A stretch of DNA of 64,000 nt from an uncultured Lachnospiraceae bacterium (GTDB lineage: Bacteria; Bacillota; Clostridia; Lachnospirales; Lachnospiraceae): NCBI GenBank assembly GCA_910585555.1, contig CAJUFU010000001.1:5895-69894 (forward strand), read 5' to 3'. Below the pieces are notes generated by a model. That model ran no database searches and was not told the DNA's origin. It was given only the letters and a program-made list of their open reading frames with translations. The position numbers and the translations under genes were made by a program. Positions 19,823 through 33,315 of the stretch are shown here, one piece after another. The first letter of the stretch is position 1. Each line of letters begins with the position of its first letter.

Positions 19823-20298
19823 GATACATATTTTGAAAGAGGGGCCTGCAGGTTTTCAAAGCCGCCGGCATAGATAATCTGTAACAGATGGTTTAAGTTG
19901 AGAAGTGATTTTTTGAGCATATCATCGGTGAGAAGGCCGCTTTCCTGAGCGGTGATGAGCTCATCGATATCCACGACTTTGACAAAGCCGTCCGGATAGA
20001 CGATGACGTCCACCAAAAGATCTGTGATGATGTAGGTATCTGTGCCGGCATTGTAATCATAGTCAACAATATCGCAATACCAATACAGAAGTGAGTTGTC
20101 TTCCCGATAGAAGCGGCTCACTTTTATACCTTCCAGCAGATAGTAGCAGGAAAGACCATGATGAAGATCTTTACGGGGTTTTAAGGTGTTCCAGCTGGTC
20201 ACAATGATATGTTCATCACGGTATAACAACATGTCATCTTTCAACAGCACACATTCTTCAGGAATCAGTCTTTTACGGTATAAAATCGGACCTGCCAT
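19816..20298 (-). CDS. DUF402-family protein
   Basis: YWYCDI...DLLVDV..YPDG....VDIDEL acidic pattern. Confidence 0.8.
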   Translation of the reverse strand: MAGPILYRKRLIPEECVLLKDDMLLYRDEHIIVTSWNTLKPRKDLHHGLSCYYLLEGIKVSRFYREDNSLLYWYCDIVDYDYNAGTDTYIITDLLVDVIVYPDGFVKVVDIDELITAQESGLLTDDMLKKSLLNLNHLLQIIYAGGFENLQAPLSKYVSQ

Positions 20299-20490
20299 AC
20301 TACCTCCCCATAGGTAAAGAGAATACGAAATAACTTCTTACTCGTTACGTTACACTTACAGCGGTGAAAAGTCAATGTAAATTGTTCTAAATGCTTCTAT
20401 AATTTACCTGATTTTCACAATAATACTGGACACAGATACCAAAAGTGGATATAATTTTAATGTTAGCTTTGATGGGGAAAGGGACGTATT

Positions 20491-20784
20491 TTGAAATATA
20501 ACAAAAATGTCTACCAGGCGCTTATGATGATTACCCAGTTTGGGATTAATATGCTGGTTCCTATATTGCTCTGTTCCTTTGCGGGTATGTTTCTAGATCA
20601 CAAATTAGGGACCTCTGTCTGGACGGTGGCGCTCTTTTTTGTGGGTGCTTTGGCGGGTTTTACCAATGTGTTTCGTTTCGCGAAGAAGATTTACGAGACC
20701 CCGGCGGTTACCCGCAGGCGCAGAACGGATAACAATGACAAGGATAAGCCGGACGGTGCCGGGAAGGACAGGCAGACCTTATAG
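20491..20784 (+). CDS. AtpZ/AtpQ-family ATP synthase accessory protein
   Basis: Two TM helices with G.FLD..LGT; first gene of the atp operon. Confidence 0.8.
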   Translation: MKYNKNVYQALMMITQFGINMLVPILLCSFAGMFLDHKLGTSVWTVALFFVGALAGFTNVFRFAKKIYETPAVTRRRRTDNNDKDKPDGAGKDRQTL

Positions 20785-20793
20785 AATAGAAAA

Positions 20794-21198
20794 GTGGTGT
20801 CAGTTGTGAGAAGAAAAATAGATTCGACATTGTTTGAGCTTTGTCTGGGGATTTTTTTATACGGTGTTGTTTTCGAGATGATACTATTGGTTTTTTCCAG
20901 AAATATGTCTTACAGCCTTGGATTATGGATCGGTGTCATCCTTGCAATGACGGGGGCCGTTCATATGTGGTGGTCTTTGGACAGAGGGCTTGACATGTCC
21001 GTAAAGGACGCGGTAAAGAGTATGGGTGTCAACAATATCATCCGGTATCTGGTTTTGGTCATTGTGATGATGGTTTTGATTTATACGAAGTTTGCCAATC
21101 CGATGTTTGCGTTCTGCGGATATATGGGCATGAAACTGTCTGCCTATCTTAATCCGCTTATACACAGGATGTGCACGAAAAAAACATCGAAACAGTGA
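20794..21198 (+). CDS. atpI: ATP synthase protein I
   Basis: Four TM helices; position before atpB. Confidence 0.75.
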   Translation: MVSVVRRKIDSTLFELCLGIFLYGVVFEMILLVFSRNMSYSLGLWIGVILAMTGAVHMWWSLDRGLDMSVKDAVKSMGVNNIIRYLVLVIVMMVLIYTKFANPMFAFCGYMGMKLSAYLNPLIHRMCTKKTSKQ

Positions 21199-21306
21199 GA
21201 GACTGCTTTTGCAAGCTTTTATAATCTGGTCTGAAAAAACGCTAAACGGCGCTTTTTTCATAAATATGTCTGATTTCAAAAAAGATGTGTAGAAGGAGGT
21301 GAAAGT

Positions 21307-22029
21307 ATGGGACAGGGAATATTATTATCTGCGGGTGCAGACATTGACTTCATGATTCACGGGGTGTTTTCCTACGAACTGTTCGGGCAGACCGTTTGGA
21401 TTACAACCACCCATGTATGCGTGCTGATTGTCATGCTGGTGATTGTGACGTTTTGTCTTTTGGCAAATCGTGCGGTCAAACATGCATCGGATGTTCCGGG
21501 TACTTTCCAGAATGTTGTTGAACTGGTGGTGGAGATGCTGGATAAAATGATTGGCGGTGTTATGGGAAGATTCAGCCCCAAGTTTCGCAATTATATCGGC
21601 ACAATCTTCATTTTTATCCTGCTTAGCAATATTTCCGGATTGTTCGGACTAAGACCGCCCACGGCAGATTACGGGGTGACCTTTGCGATGGGTATTATGA
21701 CATTTGTGCTGATTCACTACAATCAGTTCAAATACCAGAAAGTAAAGGGTGTCATCGCTGGTCTGTGCGATCCGTGGCCTATCTGGGCGCCGATTAATAT
21801 TATCGGTGATGTAGCCGTACCGATCTCATTGTCGCTGCGTCTGTTTGCCAATGTCTTATCCGGTACGGTCATGCTGGCATTAGTATATGCGCTCTTGTCA
21901 AAGATTGCCATTATCTGGCCGGCAGCGCTACATGTGTATTTTGATCTGTTTTCCGGAGCGATTCAGACATATGTATTCTGTATGTTGACCATGACATATA
22001 TTACCAATGCCTGTACCACAGACGAGTAA
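21307..22029 (+). CDS. atpB: F0 subunit a
   Basis: PPTAD, SLSLRLFAN and IQTYVF motifs. Confidence 0.97.
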   Translation: MGQGILLSAGADIDFMIHGVFSYELFGQTVWITTTHVCVLIVMLVIVTFCLLANRAVKHASDVPGTFQNVVELVVEMLDKMIGGVMGRFSPKFRNYIGTIFIFILLSNISGLFGLRPPTADYGVTFAMGIMTFVLIHYNQFKYQKVKGVIAGLCDPWPIWAPINIIGDVAVPISLSLRLFANVLSGTVMLALVYALLSKIAIIWPAALHVYFDLFSGAIQTYVFCMLTMTYITNACTTDE

Positions 22030-22071
22030 TTATAGTAAGTAAACCATTTTAAATTTTGAAACACATATTAA

Positions 22072-22344
<273 letters not shown>

Positions 22345-22540
22345 GAGTAAATTCCTTCGGAGATTAACTGGAGCAAATTCCTGCGGAATTAGCTCCGCGA
22401 GGACCGCTTTGCGGCCTCGGAAAAAGCCGTGGGGAATTGAAGTAAATTCCTGCGGAGATTAGCTGGAGCAAATTTCTTCGAAGATTAGCTGGAGCAAATT
22501 CCTGCGAAATTAGCTCCGTGAGGACTGCTTTGCGGCCTTG
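22345..22540. repeat. REP-like array (five Y units, two X units) between atpE and atpF
   Basis: Tandem AG(T/C)AAATT(C/T)CT(T/G)CG..ATTA(A/G)CT units plus GAGGAC(C/T)GCTTTGCGGCCT. Confidence 0.8.
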
Positions 22541-22582
22541 CATGTATGTTAAGAATTACGAAAAGAAAGGGGGACTGAGGGC

Positions 22583-23143
22583 TTGAATGTAACAGCTACG
22601 GGTTTGGTGCTGGCATCGGCGGAGATGGCGCCGAGACTTTTTGATTTGGATTTGCAGCTTATTGCGGATTCCGCGTTGATGATTATTGCTGTGTTTTCCC
22701 TGTTTTTGATTGCATCCCATTTCCTGTTTAATCCGGTCAGGGATATGATGCAGAAGCGACAGGACAGAATCAGAAATGAGCTCGATACGGCGGCTGCTGA
22801 TATGGAAAGTGCCAGAGCACTGAAAGAAGAGTATGAAGCCAAGTTAAAAGATATTGACAAAGAGGCTGAGGCTATCCTTGCAGAGGCAAGGAAGAAGGCG
22901 TTGGCCAATGAGAATAAGATCGTAGCGGATGCGAAGGAGGAAGCTGCCAGAATCATTGAAAGAGCCGGTGTGGAAGCAGAACTTGAGAAGAAGAAAGCTA
23001 CAGACGAGGTGAAACGTGAGATGGTAGTTCTGGCGTCCATGATGGCCGGCAAGGTTGTGAGCGCCGCGATTGATACGACTGTACAGGACAGTCTGGTAGA
23101 AGAGACACTGAAAGAAATAGGTGAGAGCACATGGCTAAGCTGA
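22583..23143 (+). CDS. atpF: F0 subunit b
   Basis: TM helix followed by charged coiled coil; operon position. Confidence 0.93.
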   Translation: MNVTATGLVLASAEMAPRLFDLDLQLIADSALMIIAVFSLFLIASHFLFNPVRDMMQKRQDRIRNELDTAAADMESARALKEEYEAKLKDIDKEAEAILAEARKKALANENKIVADAKEEAARIIERAGVEAELEKKKATDEVKREMVVLASMMAGKVVSAAIDTTVQDSLVEETLKEIGESTWLS

Positions 23144-23676
23144 TTTCAAAGACATACGGTGATGCGTTGTTTGAACTTGCGGTCGAAGAGAACAAGGTAG
23201 ACGTCCTGTTAGAAGAAATCGAGCAGCTTCAGAAAATTCTTGCGGAAAATGAGGATTTTGGCAGACTGATGAATCATCCGAAAGTCATCAAGGAAGAGAA
23301 GACTGCGGTTGCCAAAAACGTTTTTGCAGGAAGGATATCTGAGGAACTGCTGGGCTTTTTGACTATCATTATCTCGAAAGACCGTTATAAGGAAATTGAT
23401 CAGATCCTGGCATATTTTGTGGACAAAGTCAAGGAGTATAAGGGAATCGGCATCGCAACGGTGACGACTGCGGTTCCACTTAAGGAGGAACAGTGCAAAA
23501 AGATTGAACAAAAACTTCTTGATACCACCAAATATAAGTCGATGGAAATGCACTATGGATTGGATGAGTCGCTGATCGGCGGCATGGTAATCCGCATTGG
23601 CGACAGGGTTGTGGACAGTAGTGTCAGTACAAAGTTAAATGAATTACAAAGAGAACTGCTGAAAGTGCAGATCTGA
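23131..23676 (+). CDS. atpH: F1 subunit delta
   Basis: Y..ALF.LA; LIGG..IRIGD.V.D.S. Confidence 0.95.
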   Translation: MAKLISKTYGDALFELAVEENKVDVLLEEIEQLQKILAENEDFGRLMNHPKVIKEEKTAVAKNVFAGRISEELLGFLTIIISKDRYKEIDQILAYFVDKVKEYKGIGIATVTTAVPLKEEQCKKIEQKLLDTTKYKSMEMHYGLDESLIGGMVIRIGDRVVDSSVSTKLNELQRELLKVQI

Positions 23677-23703
23677 AGAAATTTAGAAGAAAGGTGCGTA
23701 TGA

Positions 23704-25212
<1,509 letters not shown>

Positions 25213-25234
25213 GTAGAAAGTAGAGGGTGATGCT

Positions 25235-26098
25235 ATGGCCTCAATGAGAGACATTAAAAGGCGTAAAGGCAGTATCCAGAGTACTCAGCAGATTACCAAA
25301 GCAATGAAACTTGTCTCTACTGTGAAACTGCAGAGAGCGAAACAGCGTGCAGAGCAATCCAAGGCATATTTTAATTGTATGTATGAAACAGTAACTTCTA
25401 TGCTGGCTAAGACGAATGGGTTGAACCATCCTTATCTGCAGGCGGGAGAATCTAAGAAGAAGGCGGTTATTGTGATCACCTCCAACAGAGGACTTGCCGG
25501 CGGTTATAACTCCAATGTGGTGAAGCTGATCACCAAGGGAGATTTTAACAAGGAAGACCTGGAAATCTATGCGATTGGTAAGAAGGGGAAAGATGCACTG
25601 CATCGGCAGGGCTATCATATTGTGGAGGATAATCCCGATATTATCGAGGAACCTTCTTACGTAGATGCCATGGTGATTAGCGACAAACTGCTCAAATCCT
25701 TTGCGGCAGGAGAGATTGGAGAAATTTATCTTGCCTATACCAGATTCAAGAATACAGTGGTTCATGAACCTACACTTCTTAAGCTTCTCCCGGTGGAACC
25801 GGCAGACGGCAAAGAAGAGGCTGAACAGACGGGCAGTAAAGCGATGATGAACTTTGAGCCCAAAGATGACGAGGCGCTTGACATGATTATTCCCAAATAT
25901 GTCACGAGCCTGATTTATGGCGGTCTGGTAGAAGCGGTCGCAAGTGAGAACGGTGCGAGAATGCAGGCGATGGATTCCGCTACAAGCAATGCTGAGGAAA
26001 TGATAGATCATTTGTCACTGATGTATAACAGAGCACGTCAGGGATCTATTACGCAGGAATTAACAGAAATTATCGCAGGCGCAAATGCTATCTCGTAA
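25235..26098 (+). CDS. atpG: F1 subunit gamma
   Basis: ITKAMKLV and RARQGSITQEL motifs. Confidence 0.98.
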   Translation: MASMRDIKRRKGSIQSTQQITKAMKLVSTVKLQRAKQRAEQSKAYFNCMYETVTSMLAKTNGLNHPYLQAGESKKKAVIVITSNRGLAGGYNSNVVKLITKGDFNKEDLEIYAIGKKGKDALHRQGYHIVEDNPDIIEEPSYVDAMVISDKLLKSFAAGEIGEIYLAYTRFKNTVVHEPTLLKLLPVEPADGKEEAEQTGSKAMMNFEPKDDEALDMIIPKYVTSLIYGGLVEAVASENGARMQAMDSATSNAEEMIDHLSLMYNRARQGSITQELTEIIAGANAIS

Positions 26099-26168
26099 TA
26101 TGACTTTTCCTGACAGCGGGAAAAGATGATAGGAAGGATAGAGCTTGCGCATAAATAAACATGAGTGA

Positions 26169-27584
<1,416 letters not shown>

Positions 27585-27714
27585 TAAGACATGAAGCTAT
27601 ACGTAGGCGACAGAGAACGCCGCCTAAGAACAGCTAAGTCATGTCTGGAAGAAATGCATAGAGCGCATTTCTTCCGGGTCGTAGGGATTAGAAGTTAGGA
27701 AAGCAGGTTAGGAT

Positions 27715-28119
27715 ATGGCTGATGATAGAAATTTTACTTTAAAGATCATTACACCGGACAGGGTATTCTATGAGGAAGAAGCGTCCATGGTAGAATTCAA
27801 TACGGTCGAAGGTGAGGTCGGTATCTATAAAGACCATATTCCGATGACTATGATTGTTGCGCCTGGAATTCTCACGATCACCAGGGACGGCGAGGTGAAG
27901 GAAGCAGCGCTCCATGCAGGATTCGTCGAGGTGCTTCCCGATAAAGTCACGATTCTTGCAGAGATTGTAGAATGGCCGGGAGAGATTGATGTGACGCGTG
28001 CGGAGGAGTCGAAGTCGCGTGCAGAGGAGAGAATCCGGGAACATGCGCCAGGGACAGATATGAAAAGGGCGGAAATGGCCTTAAAGCGCGCAGTTGCAAG
28101 AATTGAAGTGGTGAAATGA
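27715..28119 (+). CDS. atpC: F1 subunit epsilon
   Basis: IITPD, GE.GI...H and GFVEV motifs; last atp gene. Confidence 0.96.
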   Translation: MADDRNFTLKIITPDRVFYEEEASMVEFNTVEGEVGIYKDHIPMTMIVAPGILTITRDGEVKEAALHAGFVEVLPDKVTILAEIVEWPGEIDVTRAEESKSRAEERIREHAPGTDMKRAEMALKRAVARIEVVK

Positions 28120-28141
28120 CAGTGTAACATAGTAATATGTA

Positions 28142-28183
28142 CAATAAGGGAGCGGAATAAGACCGTTCCCTTATTGATTTTTT
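28142..28183 (+). terminator. atp operon terminator
   Basis: CAATAAGGGAGCGG/CCGTTCCCTTATTG stem followed by a T run. Confidence 0.8.
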
Positions 28184-28196
28184 GAAACAGAGCAAA

Positions 28197-28223
28197 ACCA
28201 TTTCGCGCAGAACGCATATGATA
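28197..28223 (+). promoter_or_regulatory. sigmaK-like sporulation promoter
   Basis: AC-16 nt-CATATGATA. Confidence 0.5.
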
Positions 28224-28268
28224 AGGTAAATGATATGAATGCGTGTACGGGAATGGAGGAAGAACAGC

Positions 28269-28763
28269 ATGAATCAATCAAGAGTTTTACCTTTTTATAT
28301 GGCATATCCGCTGCCCTTGTATTATCAGGAAGAAGATACCGTGACAAGGGACTTGGAATACTTACAGCAGATGTATCCTCTGGAAGCGAAAAAATATCAG
28401 AAAATCATTGCGGACACTCTGGATAAACTGGATTATGAAGGCAGCATGATCTACGATGAGTATCCGGACAGGTGGCAGATATACCGCCTTACCCAGATCA
28501 TCGTGGATAAGATGAAGAAGATGGAAAGTGCGGAGGCATTGGCATCCAAGGCGGGGCAGGAAACGGATGCAAGCGGCACAGATGGGGGAGCGGCAGACAG
28601 CAGGCAGGGAAATGAGAGGGCTTTTGAAGAAGCTTTGAAAGCGCAGGAGAGAGCCGTATCCGAGAAAGATTGGGACAGAATCACAGAATTTGTGCAGGTA
28701 CTTTTGTGCTATGAGATTTATAAAAAGCGCCACTCTAATCGCAATGGTATTTTAAAATTTTAG
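28269..28763 (+). CDS. hypothetical protein, possibly spore-associated
   Basis: GGAGGA RBS; D.EY...MYP and GSMIYDEYPD motif; sigmaK-like promoter. Confidence 0.75.
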   Translation: MNQSRVLPFYMAYPLPLYYQEEDTVTRDLEYLQQMYPLEAKKYQKIIADTLDKLDYEGSMIYDEYPDRWQIYRLTQIIVDKMKKMESAEALASKAGQETDASGTDGGAADSRQGNERAFEEALKAQERAVSEKDWDRITEFVQVLLCYEIYKKRHSNRNGILKF

Positions 28764-28830
28764 TTGTGGTTTTTTCAGAATCTGATTAAAATAGTAACAG
28801 AGTGTAAACCGGATTAGAGGACATATTAGG

Positions 28831-30015
28831 ATGAATGAGCAGTTTAAGGCGCTTTTACAGGATATTGTAGATGGAGGCCTCTATCAGATTGTATTGAGCA
28901 ATCCCAGAAAAAAGGGGGATTCTTTTGCACATAAGGTGAAGATTAGACCTGTTATGATCAAAGAAAATCTTCTTTTTCAGGAGACGGTGTATCAGGGAAC
29001 AAAAGTTTTTCACAACAATTATGAAGCAGGCCCCATGATTGACCGGATAGAAGCGTGGATGAAGCAGGAGTTTAGGCAGTGTGAGGCAGAACATAAGACA
29101 AACAGGGCGGTGGTGCTTGTCAGTAAGAAGGGCAAGATGACTGTAAATAGAAAACAGACGGAGCATCCGGCGGCACGCACAGAGGAAGAACAGAAAATGC
29201 AGATGTCTCATAATCGGGCGAAACACTATATTTTGGAAGAGGGCAGACCGGTCCCCTTTCTGATAGATTTGGGCGTGCAGACTAAGGATGGAAAGATTGT
29301 GCACTCCCGTTACGATAAGTTCAGACAGATTAACCGTTTTTTGGAATTTATTGAAGATATTTTGCCCACACTCCCTAAGGAAGAGACTGTGCGTATCCTG
29401 GACTTTGGATGTGGCAAGTCCTATCTTACTTTTGCAATGTATTACTATCTGCATGATCTGAAAGGCTATGATGTAGAGATCACGGGGCTTGATTTGAAAG
29501 AAGATGTGATCGCACAGTGTAATCTTCTGGGCAGAAAGTATGGTTATGAGAAGCTCACCTTCCTGAAAGGAGATATTGCGGATTACGAGATGAGAGACAG
29601 GGTGGATATGGTGGTGACGCTTCATGCCTGCGATACGGCTACGGATTTTGCGCTTGCGAAAGCTGTGAAATGGAATGTGAAAGTCATCTTGTCAGTCCCC
29701 TGCTGTCAGCATGAGGTGAACCGGCAGATTTGTAATAAAGAATTGGCATCAGTCCTGCGATATGGTATTATCAAAGAGCGTATGTCGGCGTTGATTACAG
29801 ATGCACTCCGTGCCGGACTGTTAGAAGCAGAGGGGTATGAGACGAATATCCTTGAATTTATTGATATGGAGCATACGCCGAAAAATCTCCTGATTCGGGC
29901 GGTGAAGCGGCCTGATATGGACGCTGAAAAGAGGCAGTGCAGAAGAGAAGAGGCGAACCGCCTTGCAGAGCATTTACAGATAGAGCCAACCCTGCTTAGG
30001 CTATTGCAAGATTAG
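28831..30015 (+). CDS. SAM-dependent methyltransferase
   Basis: ILDFGCGKSYL, LHACDTATD and VPCC motifs. Confidence 0.9.
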   Translation: MNEQFKALLQDIVDGGLYQIVLSNPRKKGDSFAHKVKIRPVMIKENLLFQETVYQGTKVFHNNYEAGPMIDRIEAWMKQEFRQCEAEHKTNRAVVLVSKKGKMTVNRKQTEHPAARTEEEQKMQMSHNRAKHYILEEGRPVPFLIDLGVQTKDGKIVHSRYDKFRQINRFLEFIEDILPTLPKEETVRILDFGCGKSYLTFAMYYYLHDLKGYDVEITGLDLKEDVIAQCNLLGRKYGYEKLTFLKGDIADYEMRDRVDMVVTLHACDTATDFALAKAVKWNVKVILSVPCCQHEVNRQICNKELASVLRYGIIKERMSALITDALRAGLLEAEGYETNILEFIDMEHTPKNLLIRAVKRPDMDAEKRQCRREEANRLAEHLQIEPTLLRLLQD

Positions 30016-30050
30016 GCCGGGACAGGGTTTGACAGAGGAATCGCATATTT

Positions 30051-32591
30051 ATGAAGAGAGCAATCATAAAGGGTGTTATTTTGGGAATCATTTTTGCGCT
30101 GGCATTGATGATTTTGAGCAAGGTGATGAACCAGGGAAACACCGATATGACAACTGAAATGGGAGAGGCATCCTACCCTGTGGTGTCCATGTATATGGAC
30201 GGGCACAGGGTTAATAGTCTGCACGGTTATGCCGAGAGTATGAGCAGCGCATATCTGCGAGAGACTTTGCAGCCTGTGGAGAATGACAGAAAAGTCCGCG
30301 TCCAGATTGACACATACGGCAGGAAGATAGAGGAGATTGCCTTTGAAGTGCGCAGTCCTGACGGGGAGCGTCTGGTGGAGAATACCCAGGTGGATAATTT
30401 TGAGCAGGATGAAGATGTCATTCAGTTTGAGATTACCTTAAAAGACTTGATAGAAAATGACAGGGAGTATATGCTGGTATTTCTGGTCACGCCTCAGGGA
30501 GCGGAACCCATACGCTATTATACCAGAATGGTTATGAGCGATTCCCTGCATGTGAAAGAGAAACTGGACTATGTTCAGGATTTCCACGAGCGTACCTTTG
30601 ACAAAGAGGCGGCTGCTGAATTGACGAAATATTTAGAGTCCAATGAGGAAGGTGACAATACCACCTTTCACAAGGTGACGATTCATTCCAGTTTTGCCCA
30701 GGTGACATGGGGAGACCTTGTAGTGCACAAGGTGCTGGAACCCAAGATACTGATCAAGGAGCTGACAGAACAGACAGGTTCTTTCGTTATGGAATATCTG
30801 GTCAGTATGAAAGAAGGCAGGAGGACGGCGTATTACCGGATAGAAGAATATTATAGAGTGCGCTACACGCCGGACAGAATGTATCTGCTTGACTTTGAGA
30901 GGACTATGGAGCAGATTTTTGATGAGGATGGGGACGTCTATGTCAATGACAAGATTCTGCTTGGCATTACGGGTGATCAGGTAGCACTTCATGAGAGCGA
31001 CGGCGGGAATGTTTTTGCTTTCACCGTGGCGGACAAACTTTACAGCTATAATGTGACAGACAATAAGCTGGCCAGGCTTTTTGGCTTCTACGGAAATGTA
31101 GATTTGCTGCTGGATGAGCGCTGTGCTTATAACAGACATGACATTCAAGTGCTGGGTGTGGATGAGACCGGCAATATTGCCTTTCTTGTTTATGGTTATA
31201 TGAACCGGGGACGGCATGAGGGAAATGTCGGAGTGGCGGTGTACGGCTATAACAGTATGACGAATACTGTAGAGGAAAGGCTTTATATTCCTTATAACAA
31301 ATCCTATGAATTGTTGAAGGCAGACATGGAGAAGCTGTCCTATGTGAATAAGTCCGGTATCTATTATTTTATGATAGATGGGGCTGTATATGGGGTGAAT
31401 CTGGAGACCCTGGCCTGCCAGACGGTGGTTTCCGGACTGCGGGAAGGCTCATACCATGTGTCGGATTCCAATAAGATGTTTGTCTGGCAGGAGGGCAGTG
31501 ATCTCTATGCGGCCACAGGATTAGTGTTAATGAATCTGAATACACAGACGCAGACCCGGATTGATGCGGGTGTCGGTGAGTATATTTCCGTGCTTGGATT
31601 TATGGATGAGGATTTGATTTACGGTCTTGCGAGAAAGAACGATGTGGTGGTAAACCATACCGGAATCACCACCTTTCCCATGTATCAGCTGCGGATACAG
31701 AGCGACGAAGGAAAGGTGTTAAAGACCTATCGAAAAGAGAATGTCTATGTGGTGGGCAGCGAGATTCAGGAAAATCAGATCAACTTGCTGCGGGTGGTAT
31801 TTGATGAGGAGAGCGGCAGTTACGAGCCGGTCTCAGACGATCAGATTATGAGTACCGAAGAAGTGAAGACGGGCAGTAACACACTAAATTATGTGGCGGT
31901 TGAGACGTATGAGACCATTTGCCAGATTGCCGTCAAAAACGAGATAGACAGTAAGTCGCTGCTGCATCTGACACCTAAGGAAGTGCTTTTTGAGGGCAGC
32001 CGCACGGTCAATACGCCGGCCGAGGGTAACATAGAGGCCAGGTTTTATGTCTATGGCAAGAATGGCATAGAGGGTATCTTTGTCAATCCCGGCAGGGCTG
32101 TGGAACTGGCTTACCGCACGGCAGGCGTGGTGGTGGATGACGACGGCGATTACATCTGGCGGCGTGAGACAAGAAGCAGCCGGAATCAGATCATGGCGAT
32201 CACGGAGGATGTGGTCACTGAGAGTAAGAGTTCACTGGCAGTCTGTCTGGATACAATCCTGCGCTTTGAGGGAATTTCCAGAAATACACAAAGACTCCTG
32301 AACCGTGGGGATACGGTGTTTGATATTTTAAGAAACGATTTGCAGGAATGTACGATTCTGGACTTGTCTGGATGCAGTTTGGATGCAGTATTATATTACG
32401 TCAATAAGGATATTCCCGTGTTAGCCACTTTAGAGGATGGCAACGCGGTGCTGATTGTGGGATTCAATGAGCTTAATATTGTAGTCATGGATCCGGTAGC
32501 GGGTACTTTGGAAAAGCGGGGCATGAATGATTCCACGGAGTGGCTGAATGAGAATGGGAATCTGTTTATTGCCTATATCAGGAAAGAATAG
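30051..32591 (+). CDS. large membrane-anchored hypothetical protein
   Basis: 846-aa ORF with an N-terminal TM; C-terminus resembles a degenerate C39-like fold. Confidence 0.85.
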   Translation: MKRAIIKGVILGIIFALALMILSKVMNQGNTDMTTEMGEASYPVVSMYMDGHRVNSLHGYAESMSSAYLRETLQPVENDRKVRVQIDTYGRKIEEIAFEVRSPDGERLVENTQVDNFEQDEDVIQFEITLKDLIENDREYMLVFLVTPQGAEPIRYYTRMVMSDSLHVKEKLDYVQDFHERTFDKEAAAELTKYLESNEEGDNTTFHKVTIHSSFAQVTWGDLVVHKVLEPKILIKELTEQTGSFVMEYLVSMKEGRRTAYYRIEEYYRVRYTPDRMYLLDFERTMEQIFDEDGDVYVNDKILLGITGDQVALHESDGGNVFAFTVADKLYSYNVTDNKLARLFGFYGNVDLLLDERCAYNRHDIQVLGVDETGNIAFLVYGYMNRGRHEGNVGVAVYGYNSMTNTVEERLYIPYNKSYELLKADMEKLSYVNKSGIYYFMIDGAVYGVNLETLACQTVVSGLREGSYHVSDSNKMFVWQEGSDLYAATGLVLMNLNTQTQTRIDAGVGEYISVLGFMDEDLIYGLARKNDVVVNHTGITTFPMYQLRIQSDEGKVLKTYRKENVYVVGSEIQENQINLLRVVFDEESGSYEPVSDDQIMSTEEVKTGSNTLNYVAVETYETICQIAVKNEIDSKSLLHLTPKEVLFEGSRTVNTPAEGNIEARFYVYGKNGIEGIFVNPGRAVELAYRTAGVVVDDDGDYIWRRETRSSRNQIMAITEDVVTESKSSLAVCLDTILRFEGISRNTQRLLNRGDTVFDILRNDLQECTILDLSGCSLDAVLYYVNKDIPVLATLEDGNAVLIVGFNELNIVVMDPVAGTLEKRGMNDSTEWLNENGNLFIAYIRKE

Positions 32592-32619
32592 AAAATAGAA
32601 TGCTATCATGGAGATTAGG

Positions 32620-33300
32620 ATGGATAAGGGTATCGGTGCAGTAGTTTTTGATATGGACGGCGTTATCTTTGACAGCGAGAGACTGATTCTTGTCTGTTGG
32701 GAGAAGGTTGGGCAAAAGCATGGTCTTGTGGGAATCAAGGAGGCGGCGTTAGACTGCATTGGGACTAATGCGGTGAAGACGAAAGAGATTATGAAGGAGC
32801 ATTACGGAGAGGAATTTCACTATGAGGCGTACAGCAAAGAGGCTTCCGTGATGTTTCATGAGGTGGTTAACAGGGATGGTCTGCCGGTGAAAAAGGGAGT
32901 ACGTGAATTGATGGAGTATTTAAAGGCACAAAGTATTCCCATGGCTCTGGCTTCTTCCACACGTCTGCAGGTGGTGACACAGGAGCTGCAGCAGGCCGGA
33001 TTGTATGAATACTTCCGAGCCGTGGTGGGCGGAGATCAGTTAAAACGCAGCAAACCGGCGCCCGATATCTACCTGGCAGCCTGTGAGAAGCTGGGAGTAG
33101 AGCCGGCGGATGCTTATGCCATAGAGGATTCCTACAATGGCATTCGTGCTTCACACAGCGCGGGGATGCGTCCCATCATGGTGCCGGACCTGCTTCCTGC
33201 CACAGAGGAGATGTATGAAAAGAGCATTGCGGTACTGGATAATCTGGTGATGGTCAAAGACTTTTTCAAGGAAATAAGCAGACGAAAGGACACGCTATAA
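32620..33300 (+). CDS. HAD-family phosphatase (beta-PGM-like)
   Basis: FDMDGVIFDSE, KPAPDIY and IEDS motifs; alternative start at 32608. Confidence 0.92.
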   Translation: MDKGIGAVVFDMDGVIFDSERLILVCWEKVGQKHGLVGIKEAALDCIGTNAVKTKEIMKEHYGEEFHYEAYSKEASVMFHEVVNRDGLPVKKGVRELMEYLKAQSIPMALASSTRLQVVTQELQQAGLYEYFRAVVGGDQLKRSKPAPDIYLAACEKLGVEPADAYAIEDSYNGIRASHSAGMRPIMVPDLLPATEEMYEKSIAVLDNLVMVKDFFKEISRRKDTL

Positions 33301-33315
33301 AGGGATAGGTGCGGT

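Noticed and set aside
22345..22540. CRISPR array
   Set aside because: Units abut with no unique spacers, copies are dispersed elsewhere in the window, and there are no cas genes
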